From positions 65,140 to 129,139 of the forward strand of contig CAZVXT010000002.1 of assembly GCA_964631145.1 (NCBI GenBank): 64,000 nucleotides of DNA. The letters run 5' to 3'. The stretch is from an uncultured Candidatus Saccharibacteria bacterium (lineage in GTDB: Bacteria > Patescibacteriota > Doudnabacteria > UBA920). Made by a program: the position numbers and the translations under genes. Of this stretch, positions 9,949 through 18,284 are shown piece after piece. The notes under the pieces are model-generated. The model was given only the letters and a program-made list of their open reading frames with translations. It searched no databases and was not told the origin of the DNA. Within the stretch, counting starts at the first letter, position 1; each line of letters begins with the position of its first letter.

Positions 9949-11361
9949 TTATAATCCTTGGCTTTTAATGTATTTTTTGGTATCAAATTTTTTATCGCAG
10001 CCACTTTTTGCCATATATCTAATTGTGCCAAAGATTGGTCTGGTAAACCAAGCTCTGTCATGAACTCCGCCTATACTCCAAGCTATTCCTGTATAGCCAT
10101 TGGGGTCCCTACCATCTAGTTCATATTTATCATTCAGGTAAATTGCAATTTCAATAGCTTCTTCTGGTGATTTGGTCCATTGCAGAATTTTTTTTGCCCA
10201 ATACATTCTCATATAACCATGCATTTTACCAGTATTGATCATTTCTAGTTGTGCTGCGTTCCAGAGCTCATCATGAGTTTTTGCAAATTCAAACTCTTGT
10301 TTGGTATAAATATATTCTCTCACATCTTCGCGGTGCTCATTTAAAGTTTTCTGTGCCCATTGAGGAAAGCCATTGAAATTGTCATAGTTGGAATTATAAA
10401 AACAGAAATTATCAGATAGTTCTTTTCTAACAACTAACTCTTCAATAAAAGCAGCAACATGGTCTTCGGCATTTAAACTTTTGTTTGTATCAACCTTTGC
10501 TTTGTTTTTATTAGATTCCAAAATCTGATCCAAAGATAATTTTGTAGATTTTAATACTTCTAACACTATTTGCTGAGCTGATATAAGTCCGTAATGTAGG
10601 TAAGGGGAGAGGTTTGACTGCGCTTCTGCTAGAGGGTTATTTCTATCCAATGCATAGCGATTTAAAATACTATCAATAAATTTTTTTAATTGCGTTTGAC
10701 CGGCTTTTGTTCCTGGTTGATAGGTTGTTGTATCTTCTTTATCATCCAATAGTCCATTTATATAATCCCAATCGGTTTTTGTTGTAATGGTTGCTTTTTT
10801 ATCTTGTTTTATTAGTTTTGGAAATTGATCAAGATAATCTGGCAGTAGGCGATAAATTTTTGGACGAATTGTGTAGGCTGCAAACTCTTGCTTATTTGAA
10901 GTCTCCCATACAGGCACAATATTGTGGGAATCAACTTCGAACATAGGTATTGAAACATTTTCGGCGATAGATTGTTTCCATGCTCTTTGAATTTTTAAAG
11001 GAGAAAAATCTGTCACTATGGCGCCGATTTTGTTTTCTTTTATAAAATCTTCTATTAGCTTAGGGGTTTTGTTGCCTGTGCTATCTAATAAAATATCAAA
11101 ATTTATATTTAACTCATCAAGATCTTGGTCTAATTCTAAGAGACTTTTGACTTTGAAATTTACGTGGCGTTTGCTCCCACCTAAAAAATTAGGGACTAAA
11201 TTATATACCACAACTAACCTCTGGTTATTTTTTTTGGCTAGATCTTCAGCAAAAATCATTGCCCAATTATATTTGGCTCTCATGTCTCGGTCCATCCAAT
11301 ACAAAATCAGCCCATTTTGGTAATTATGGTTATTTAGCTTCCTTGACCTTGAGCTAATCAT
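9949..11361 (-). CDS. phr: deoxyribodipyrimidine photolyase, class II-like
   Basis: C-terminal FAD-binding signature (GYMRMYWAKK...DPNGYTGIAWSIGGVHDRAW...RYMAKSGCDKKFD). Confidence 0.75.
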   Translation of the reverse strand: MISSRSRKLNNHNYQNGLILYWMDRDMRAKYNWAMIFAEDLAKKNNQRLVVVYNLVPNFLGGSKRHVNFKVKSLLELDQDLDELNINFDILLDSTGNKTPKLIEDFIKENKIGAIVTDFSPLKIQRAWKQSIAENVSIPMFEVDSHNIVPVWETSNKQEFAAYTIRPKIYRLLPDYLDQFPKLIKQDKKATITTKTDWDYINGLLDDKEDTTTYQPGTKAGQTQLKKFIDSILNRYALDRNNPLAEAQSNLSPYLHYGLISAQQIVLEVLKSTKLSLDQILESNKNKAKVDTNKSLNAEDHVAAFIEELVVRKELSDNFCFYNSNYDNFNGFPQWAQKTLNEHREDVREYIYTKQEFEFAKTHDELWNAAQLEMINTGKMHGYMRMYWAKKILQWTKSPEEAIEIAIYLNDKYELDGRDPNGYTGIAWSIGGVHDRAWFTRPIFGTIRYMAKSGCDKKFDTKKYIKSQGL

Positions 11362-11861
11362 TTTGCCAAAATATCCTGCAATATTTGCTTGCGACCGTTA
11401 ACAATAAATTTATATGTTTGGTTGTCTTTGGTTGTAACTTTTACCCCATTTGGAATAACGAAAAAAGTATTGTACAACTCAGCACTTTCAATATTAGATT
11501 TTGGTATTTTGATTGGTTGTTTTGATCCAAAGTTGACACTGTGAGGTAGGAAGTTAATCTCTTCTTTGCTTACTACTATTATCCCACCAATAGAATTGAT
11601 TCCTTGTACTAAATTGGCTCCAGCAGTGTTTGTTACTTCTTGTTTGGATTTTAAGTTATCGATCGCTGTTTGGTTTTCGGCTTGAGATACTGAAAGCATT
11701 GTGTACATTAAGACAGTCCCAGTAGCAACTATTAGCAATGTCCTTAAAATTATGATGGAGTAGCCCTGTCCACCAGTATAATGCTTGGCTATTAATTGTA
11801 TAATTAATGCGATAATAGCAAACGCTAATGCAAAATAGATACTCGAGTTAAATTTATTCAT
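11358..11861 (-). CDS. hypothetical membrane protein, possibly a bacterial PH/GRAM-like domain
   Basis: 4-bp overlap with the photolyase gene; N-terminal TM helices. Confidence 0.4.
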   Translation of the reverse strand: MNKFNSSIYFALAFAIIALIIQLIAKHYTGGQGYSIIILRTLLIVATGTVLMYTMLSVSQAENQTAIDNLKSKQEVTNTAGANLVQGINSIGGIIVVSKEEINFLPHSVNFGSKQPIKIPKSNIESAELYNTFFVIPNGVKVTTKDNQTYKFIVNGRKQILQDILAK

Positions 11862-11912
11862 AGCTATATTATACTATATTTGTGTTATAATATTAATAAT
11901 TAAACAAACATA

Positions 11913-12275
11913 ATGGATTCAGAAAATATGTCTATGCCGAGTACTTCGGCAAATACTTCTGGGCAAGGTCCTGCAAGCATCGTTCCAAAAGAAATCAAGG
12001 GTCTAAATTGGGGAGCTTTTGGGCTCAATTGGGTTTGGGGAATTTTTAATTCCACTTATCTAGCCTTTTTGGTCTTGATACCTTTTATTAACATCATTAT
12101 GATTTTTGTCTTGTTGTTGAAAGGGAATGAATGGGCATGGCGCAATAAGCATTGGGATAGTGTAGAGCAGTTCAAAGCTGTTCAAAAGAAATGGACTATT
12201 GCGTGGTTAGCCATATCAGGACTAGGTATATTATTTGTTATTCTTTCTGCTTTATTAGGCGGAGCTAATAATTAA
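11913..12275 (+). CDS. hypothetical membrane protein
   Basis: ORF track; TM helices. Confidence 0.35.
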   Translation: MDSENMSMPSTSANTSGQGPASIVPKEIKGLNWGAFGLNWVWGIFNSTYLAFLVLIPFINIIMIFVLLLKGNEWAWRNKHWDSVEQFKAVQKKWTIAWLAISGLGILFVILSALLGGANN

Positions 12276-12282
12276 TTATATT

Positions 12283-12314
12283 AAAAACCAGAGTAATAAC
12301 TCTGGTTTTTTTTG
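12283..12314. terminator. bidirectional rho-independent terminator
   Basis: aaaaaccagagt aataa ctctggtttttttt. Confidence 0.6.
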
Positions 12315-12327
12315 TTATCTTTATATA

Positions 12328-12795
12328 TTATTGTGCGGGTTGATTGTCACAGCTTTTATCAAACGAATTTACTTTCCATGCCTCATTTATTTTAACTAAC
12401 TGGATACAAGTGGTCATTGTTGTTCCTTCAAAAATTATCCTACCTTTTAATGTTGAGGTGTTATTATCTGCTTCATAACTATTAAAATAGATTTCTTTGA
12501 ACTGTCCTCTATTAGTAGATTCATAATTTATATAGGATTTGTTTTCTTGATAATTAGGTGATATAAAGGCGCTTGTGTCTTGGTTAGTAAATAAATTTTG
12601 CGAAAAACTTTTTGCAGTGTCCGAGCCAAATCCATTGGATCCGCTAAAAGTAAAAATTAAAATTGCAGACCAGATTAAAATTTGCAAAATAATTATACCT
12701 CCAAATATTGCTAAAAAGATCCAGCCAATTTTTGCTAACTTGTTTTGGTGATACTGAAAACTTTCAAAATCAAGAGATGAAACTTCCCAAGCCAT
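12328..12795 (-). CDS. hypothetical membrane-anchored protein
   Basis: ORF track; the upstream in-frame sequence is hydrophobic but has no start codon. Confidence 0.4.
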   Translation of the reverse strand: MAWEVSSLDFESFQYHQNKLAKIGWIFLAIFGGIIILQILIWSAILIFTFSGSNGFGSDTAKSFSQNLFTNQDTSAFISPNYQENKSYINYESTNRGQFKEIYFNSYEADNNTSTLKGRIIFEGTTMTTCIQLVKINEAWKVNSFDKSCDNQPAQ

Positions 12796-13040
12796 TTTCC
12801 TGCCTTTAAAGATTAGTTTAAGGTATAAATAAATGTTATATATAGGAACTAGAAATAACCAAAATTCTGTGTATAAGCCTGAAGCTAATGCATAAGCAGC
12901 TCCTAAATTGCCCCAGGAGTTGGTTTGTTAATATAAATTTCTTGTTCAGGTGTTAATGGTGCTTTTTCCATTGATCATTATTAATATTAATTACTTTTAT
13001 TATATCATTAAAAAAATTGGCCGGAGCCAATTTATTGTTG

Positions 13041-13631
13041 TTATAAATCAGTTTTTAATCCTATTTCTAACTGCTTGTAAATTTTATATAGATTCGGGTT
13101 TTGTGATTCACTCAATGTAATTTTGCCATATTCCATTACGCCGGCACCGCATTCATTTTTAAATATTTTCCTGAGCTTTATAATGTCTCGGAAAATAAGC
13201 CCATTATTTTTATGACATTTAATTAGAATATCCCGTGCATTTGAAATTGCTGCGCAGCAAGATCCTAATTCTGACTGCTCTATGCAATTAACTATACCTC
13301 TATCTCCAATTGCCAATTTCCATTGATGCTCTGCAATATTTACTGGTATAAATTTAGCCATTCTTTCGGCATGTTTTTTATTTTTATAAACCTCATGTGT
13401 GCTAAATATACAACTGGGATAATTATTGCAATTAAATCGGTTAAGTCGATAACCTTGTAAAATGGAAATGCACTCATCTGAATTTTGAATTACTTCAATT
13501 TGATAAGAAATAATTTGTGCTTTTTTTACAACAGACAAACTTCTAATTTGTTCAATTATCCAAACTTCTTCTAATAGTTTAAATTTGGGTAATTCGTGGT
13601 TTTCAAATTGCGGGATGATAAAATTTATCAT
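13041..13631 (-). CDS. hypothetical Cys-rich protein
   Basis: ORF track; host-like AT-rich composition; a hairpin (13010-13032) lies downstream. Confidence 0.4.
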   Translation of the reverse strand: MINFIIPQFENHELPKFKLLEEVWIIEQIRSLSVVKKAQIISYQIEVIQNSDECISILQGYRLNRFNCNNYPSCIFSTHEVYKNKKHAERMAKFIPVNIAEHQWKLAIGDRGIVNCIEQSELGSCCAAISNARDILIKCHKNNGLIFRDIIKLRKIFKNECGAGVMEYGKITLSESQNPNLYKIYKQLEIGLKTDL

Positions 13632-13787
13632 ATAAATCCTCCTAAGTAGTTTTCCAATATTTTAGTGCAAAATTTACTATGTGTCAACGATTAAAAATAC
13701 TAAGCCATCGCTTAGTATTTTTAATCTATGATTATTTATATTTTTTTTGCAAGTAGTCATTTGTGATACTAATATCACAAATAGCCA

Positions 13788-13809
13788 CTGGCGGAGAGGG
13801 AGGGATTCG
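13788..13809 (-). repeat. 22-bp partial copy of the tRNA-Ser 3' end; direct repeat with 18806-18827 and a putative att-site remnant
   Basis: ctggcggagagggagggattcg is identical to the 3' acceptor/T-arm of the tRNA-Ser at 18807-18900; similarity stops exactly where GC content rises. Confidence 0.7.
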
Positions 13810-14140
13810 GTTACCTCACGCTAGTCTCCTCAACACATTCGTTTTGCTCATAGTGTTTCGTCGACATAACGCTGCGGCAACCACCGACGATTTCAACTTG
13901 CCACTGGCAACTTGAAATCTATTTTCTCATCCCCCAAAACCATAAACTTTTATACCACTTCGTGATATAAAAGTTTATGGCGGTGTATGTGGGTATGGTA
14001 CCCATGGTTACAAGTGTTATAAGGGTATTCTAGCATATTTCTCTTTTTGTTTTTAGGGTTTGTGGGTCGGGGTCTATGTTTTGTAAATGCGACAAATGAG
14101 ACACGAAAAGGGCTTATTTGGCTTTGTCTCAATTACAGAA

Positions 14141-15175
14141 TTATTCAGGCTGGCTTATGCTTTCGCTCAAATCATAAGCATCCCCGTGAGACAATAAACC
14201 CTTATATGATGCGACCAATCTGTCTGTGCGATTTTCAGCAAGTTTCTTAAACATCCTCCTTTTTGTGGAAGTTCTTGGCACCCGATGATGCGGAAAATGC
14301 ACCCAGCCGAGAAAATCGACGCCGGAAGCGAGTGTTTTTATAAACACTTTATCCGGATGGAGCGAGAGCTTTAACTCCGTTTCCAAAAACAGCGATATCT
14401 CAGGTAGTATTTTTTCGAGATACTTTCTATCTTCGTGCAGAATTACGAAATCATTGGCATACCTGATACAGTATTCGGCTTTCAGGTTACGCTTCATATA
14501 GTGATCAAATTCATTCATGTATACATTCACTAAAAGTTGAGACGTGAGATTGCCCAGCGTAAGACCTACGCCGGGTCGGCCGTCAGTATGGAAACTACTG
14601 ATTACATCCCACAAGAGATTTACTGTATTGCCATCCGGCATTCTCCGTCTCAAAATATTAACTAAAACTGTATGATCGATATTGGCGAAGAATTTTCGGA
14701 TATCGCATTTTAAAACCCATATGGTGCGCGTATGATTCTTCGAAACTTTCCGTGCATAGTCGCGGAACCTATCAAGCGCCCGGTGTGTGTCTTTCCCGCG
14801 ACGGCAGGAATAGGAGTCGAAAATAAATTTCTGATCGAAATACGGATACAAGACTCTGTAAATAGCGTGATGAAGGAGGTGACCTCGCACGGTTGCTTTA
14901 TGTATATTGCGCGGCTTCGGATCATTGATGCGGAACGCTGTGTATCCGCCGTGGCGGTAAGTTTTCTCGGCAAGGTCGCTACTAAGGGGAATAATATTAT
15001 CGGTAAACCTAACGGAGAATTTTTTGACGTCTTTGCGGCCGCGCTTGCCTTTGAGGAATTCGCGCCATGCTACAAGCAGGTTTTCCACAGAAATGATATT
15101 ATTATAGGTATGAAAAAATCCGGCATTTCCTCTCTCTCTCTCTCTCGGTGGCGCCTCGATTCTCCAGAGAATCAA
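14141..15175 (-). CDS. diversity-generating retroelement reverse transcriptase; the YxDD box reads YAND
   Basis: N-terminal LLVAWREFLKGKRGRKDVKKF; motif 3 KCDIRKFFANIDH; the DGR-type motif 4 GLTLGNLTSQLL (IGNxxSQ in place of the group II QGxxxSP); RYANDFVIL; lies immediately downstream of the TR on the same strand. Confidence 0.85.
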   Translation of the reverse strand: MILWRIEAPPRERERGNAGFFHTYNNIISVENLLVAWREFLKGKRGRKDVKKFSVRFTDNIIPLSSDLAEKTYRHGGYTAFRINDPKPRNIHKATVRGHLLHHAIYRVLYPYFDQKFIFDSYSCRRGKDTHRALDRFRDYARKVSKNHTRTIWVLKCDIRKFFANIDHTVLVNILRRRMPDGNTVNLLWDVISSFHTDGRPGVGLTLGNLTSQLLVNVYMNEFDHYMKRNLKAEYCIRYANDFVILHEDRKYLEKILPEISLFLETELKLSLHPDKVFIKTLASGVDFLGWVHFPHHRVPRTSTKRRMFKKLAENRTDRLVASYKGLLSHGDAYDLSESISQPE

Positions 15176-15530
15176 AGAGGGATATTTGCTGTGGGTAAGT
15201 ATTGTTCCTCATATTTCCAAAGGCACTCGTTATACGATCGTTTCTAGGATATAAAATAAATTCCTAGACCTTCTTGAGCTTACCCATATCGCTTATTTTA
15301 CCGAAAAAGAAAAGAAAGCGGAAAAAATTTCCGAATGCATTTTAACGCTGGATACGCTCAAATTCTTAGTTGCAGTTGCGTGGGAAGGCAAGCTTGTCAC
15401 TAATAAGCAATGCGAAGAGGTGGCTAGAAAGCTTGAAGAAACCGGCAAGATGTTCCACGGCTGGAAGAAAAATCTGGAAAATCCTGAAAAGAAAAACCGC
15501 GACCTCTAAGATCGCGGAAAAGAAGACAGT

Positions 15531-15662
15531 TTCGAAGGCAGAACACGAACTTGTTGTCCGGATTCCACTCGTTGCCGGGATTCGCCCAATCGTTGTTCAG
15601 CCACAAACCGTCATCGTTGCGTTCGAGGTTGAAAACGTTCGGGTTGCCGTCGGAATCGGTTT
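15531..15662 (-). repeat. DGR template repeat (TR), sense on the minus strand
   Basis: ~130-bp near-copy of the target 3' end; in the VR frame it encodes GNPNVFNLERNDDGLWLNNDWANPGNEWNPDNKFVFCL, which is rich in AAC codons. Confidence 0.8.
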
Positions 15663-15934
15663 GTGCGATGCACCGTCAATACCACTGCCCGCCTGGTGCG
15701 CAGAGCGCAAAAGACTGGGCTGAATTTTATGCGTGATCAAGAATCAGCAAATGCACCACACCAAGTATTTTCTTTTTTTAGACTTTGATATAAATCCTCT
15801 CTGCCAAGCCGTAACCGGGCAGACTCTCAACTCATACAAGCCAGAAAGGTCTTGAAAAGCCGTAGCCGTTCAATACAACCTATCTTTCCGTATTATACCG
15901 CTTGATCTGTATTTTGTACCGCTTTTTTGCTAAA

Positions 15935-17779
15935 ATGAAATTGCATATGGAAAAACACCCGCTTCATCTTAAAAACCCAGAATTGCAGACTTCTCCTGAA
16001 GTCCAGCGTGCTGTCGTGCGCGACGAGCGGGAAAGCGGAGAGAAAGTTCCGAATAATCCATCGGAGCGCATCGAGGCTTACATGGATCGCCTTAAGAATA
16101 TCTTCCTTAATCCAGATCAACGCGTCCGAGAACGCAATCTCGAAATGTTCCGCGACAAGATCTATGACGCGCTTATCATAAAGAAAGAGAATTTCCCTGA
16201 TTCATACTTTGAGCTTCAAAAGCGCATCGCCCGGGAACGAGGCCAGCACATAGAAGAAATTCCCGCAGACGTCCGCGAACAGATAATGGATACCGCGATC
16301 GAAGATCAACGACATTCGCTTGATGCGTGGATGGAGTATCTTACTTCGCCCGATGCTGTTTATCCTGCTTGGTTCAAATACTACGCATGGAATCAGATCA
16401 TCAAACTCTCGCAATTCGACAAGGAACGCGGCGAGTTCAAGACGCGCACAGATTCTACCGTGGCGCCCTTCCCAGATATTTATCGCGAGCCGTTAGCTCA
16501 GATTGCCGATCTTTACGAACGAGTCAAAGACGATAACAAAGATTCCGAGGCCCGCCGAGAATTCGACAAGAAGTTTCCTGCGCTCTATGCCGATCTTATC
16601 TCAAAGTCTCTGGCGGCTTCCATGGAAAACCGCGAGGAAGTGCGCGGAGCGTGGATGAAATACGAACAGGGCGACGGCGAAGCGGCTCAAAAACTATTCC
16701 AGTCTCTTGAAGGAAAAGGAACTGGCTGGTGCACGGCGGGAAAATCGACCGCTGAAACGCAGATAGAATCCGGCGACTTTTATGTCTACTACACCAACGA
16801 TTCAAGCGGTACTCCAACACAGCCGCGCCTCGCTATCCGAATGAACGGACAAAACCAGATCGGAGAGGTGCGAGGCATCCTGCCTTCCCAAGGCGTTGAG
16901 CCGATGATGCAGGAAGTATTGGACGAAAAGCTCGGCGAATTCGGCACCGAAGCTGATGCCTACCGCAAGAAAAGCGAAGATATGCGCATCCTCACGGCTC
17001 TTGAGCGCAAGCATGAAAAAGAGGAGTCATTTACCAAAGAGGATCTTGCGTTTTTGTATGAAATCAATTCTTCAATCGAAGGATTCGGGTACGAGAAAGA
17101 TCCTCGCGTCGCAGAACTTCGACGCGGACGTAATACTGAGGAAGATATACTGGTCATTTTTGAATGCACAAAGGATCAGATCGCTCACATCCCAAGTCAG
17201 ATAACCAAAGACACAAAGGCATATGTCGGCCAGCTTGAGCCAGGCATTTTCCAGAAGCTTCCAGCCACATTGGAACATGTATATACTTCCTTCCCCGACA
17301 AGAAGATATGTAGAGAAAGCGTCGAGGTCGGAGGAAAATCCGCAGAGCAGCTTATCTCCGAAATGGAAGCAGCAGGAATTAATATCAACAGTTATGCTAA
17401 AAGCATGCTGCAAAACTCTGCCGAGTTCATTCCTAGCCCTTATGCCGAAGACATGACGCTCATCCGTCTTACTGTGGAAGATCTTGGTTTCAAAACCAGC
17501 GCAACCACTACACAGGTATTCGAACGAGCCGAAGAACTCGGCCTCGAGTTATGTCCGCCTGATACCGGACCCAGCTACCGCCTTAAATACAAAGACCATC
17601 CTCTTAACGAATGGTTCCGGATCGGGATGAAGCCAATCACCGTTTCCGGCCGCCCGGACGTTTTCTACCTCGGACGCTACGATGACGGTTTGTGGCTGAG
17701 CGGCGGTTGGGCGAATCCCGGCGACGAGTGGCCTCCGGACTACAAGTTCGTGTTCCGCCTTCGCAAGTCTGAAGCTTAG
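15935..17779 (+). CDS. DGR target (variable) protein, 614 aa; no recognisable N-terminal domain and no signal peptide
   Basis: The C-terminal 40 aa are encoded by the VR; GC-rich; start taken as the ATG at 15935 (the track ORF begins at an upstream TTG at 15902); extended -10 tgctaaaat immediately upstream. Confidence 0.8.
   Translation: MKLHMEKHPLHLKNPELQTSPEVQRAVVRDERESGEKVPNNPSERIEAYMDRLKNIFLNPDQRVRERNLEMFRDKIYDALIIKKENFPDSYFELQKRIARERGQHIEEIPADVREQIMDTAIEDQRHSLDAWMEYLTSPDAVYPAWFKYYAWNQIIKLSQFDKERGEFKTRTDSTVAPFPDIYREPLAQIADLYERVKDDNKDSEARREFDKKFPALYADLISKSLAASMENREEVRGAWMKYEQGDGEAAQKLFQSLEGKGTGWCTAGKSTAETQIESGDFYVYYTNDSSGTPTQPRLAIRMNGQNQIGEVRGILPSQGVEPMMQEVLDEKLGEFGTEADAYRKKSEDMRILTALERKHEKEESFTKEDLAFLYEINSSIEGFGYEKDPRVAELRRGRNTEEDILVIFECTKDQIAHIPSQITKDTKAYVGQLEPGIFQKLPATLEHVYTSFPDKKICRESVEVGGKSAEQLISEMEAAGININSYAKSMLQNSAEFIPSPYAEDMTLIRLTVEDLGFKTSATTTQVFERAEELGLELCPPDTGPSYRLKYKDHPLNEWFRIGMKPITVSGRPDVFYLGRYDDGLWLSGGWANPGDEWPPDYKFVFRLRKSEA
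17637..17768 (+). repeat. DGR variable repeat (VR) at the 3' end of the target gene
   Basis: Aligned to the TR: 16 mismatches all at TR adenines (A to C/G/T) and one non-A mismatch in the last 10 nt; encodes TVSGRPDVFYLGRYDDGLWLSGGWANPGDEWPPDYKFVFRLRKSEA. Confidence 0.8.
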
Positions 17780-17849
17780 AAGCTTGGTTTCTTTATAACT
17801 TTTTGATTCTTTGGATCTTGGATACTTTGACCCTTTGGCATTTACTCGC

Positions 17850-17882
17850 GGAGCGAGTCCGCGCAATTTTTTATCATGAACA
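17850..17882 (+). terminator. GC-rich hairpin plus T-tract ~80 bp downstream of the VR; target-gene terminator and/or the DGR-associated 3' hairpin
   Basis: actcgcggagcgagtccgcgcaatttttt, with two alternative 6-bp stems. Confidence 0.5.
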
Positions 17883-18027
17883 AGAAAGCCAAAAAACCGA
17901 AATTTCAATATCCATTTACGGATAAAGAGCATGAGGAATCATGCAAGTTTTTGACTGTTCGTTTAATGAATACTGTATCTGACAAAGGATCAAAGGTTGA
18001 GCTAACTGAAACTATATACACTGGCGG

Positions 18028-18284
18028 AACGTGAAGGGCTAGAAATTGTAACCATGAAGCGCGAAAGCCATTCCGCGAAAGAGACAGGACAAAGACCAGT
18101 GTTCAACGAAATTATTGAGGAGCTAAGGCATGGTAAATATAACGGCATTCTGACATGGGCACCTGATCGTATATCAAGAAACGCTGGTGACCTTGGAAAA
18201 TCGTAGACCTAATGGATGCTGGAAAACTTCATGAAATACGAACTTTCGGGCAAAAGTTCGGCAATAATCCGAACGAGAAATTTC
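18028..18284 (+). pseudogene. serine recombinase fragment (residues ~50-140 of the catalytic domain), frameshifted; left arm of an inverted duplication
   Basis: Translates to LAEREGLEIVTMKREAHSAKETGQRPVFNEIIEELRHGKYNGILTWAPDRISRNAGDLGK(fs)IVDLMDAGKLHEIRTFGQKFGNNPNEKFLVR; ~75% nt identity to the reverse complement of 18285-18540. Confidence 0.6.

Noticed and set aside
12796-13008. Possible N-terminal extension or small ORF upstream of 12328-12795
   Set aside because: The in-frame upstream sequence is hydrophobic but contains no start codon before a stop. The 23-aa ATG ORF is in another frame and too short to support.
14141-15175. The RT could be a group II intron or retron RT inserted in the tRNA gene
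   Set aside because: Motif 4 is LGNLTSQ (the DGR type), not the group II QGxxxSP. There are no intron RNA domain V/VI signatures. The adjacent TR/VR pair with adenine-specific mismatches fits a DGR.
14732-15247. Plus-strand 171-aa ORF and other ORFs inside the RT gene (14710-14973, 14047-14250, 13950-14132)
   Set aside because: They overlap the strongly supported RT on the opposite strand, and in a GC-rich segment stop codons are rare in any frame.
15424-15606. Minus-strand 60-aa ORF MWLNNDWANPGNEWNPDNKFVFCL...
   Set aside because: This is the TR itself, open in the VR frame because it is a copy of the target C-terminus. It is not an independent gene.
15370-15723. Plus-strand ORF (117 aa) overlapping the TR
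   Set aside because: It is the antisense reading of the template repeat and spacer, with no protein-like features, so it is taken as spurious.
16202-17456. Multiple 60-110-aa ORFs on both strands inside the DGR target gene
   Set aside because: They are nested in a 625-aa ORF with a coherent codon pattern and are high-GC frame artefacts.
17549-17932. Minus-strand 127-aa ORF overlapping the target gene 3' end
   Set aside because: Antisense reading of the VR region, opened by its GC-rich composition.
18209-18284. Treating 18209-18694 as one intact 161-aa recombinase gene
   Set aside because: Past the palindrome at ~18277-18284 the ORF reads the reverse complement of the other duplicate arm. 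Real homology to serine recombinases stops at NEKFLVR, so only 18285-18694 is genuine domain sequence.
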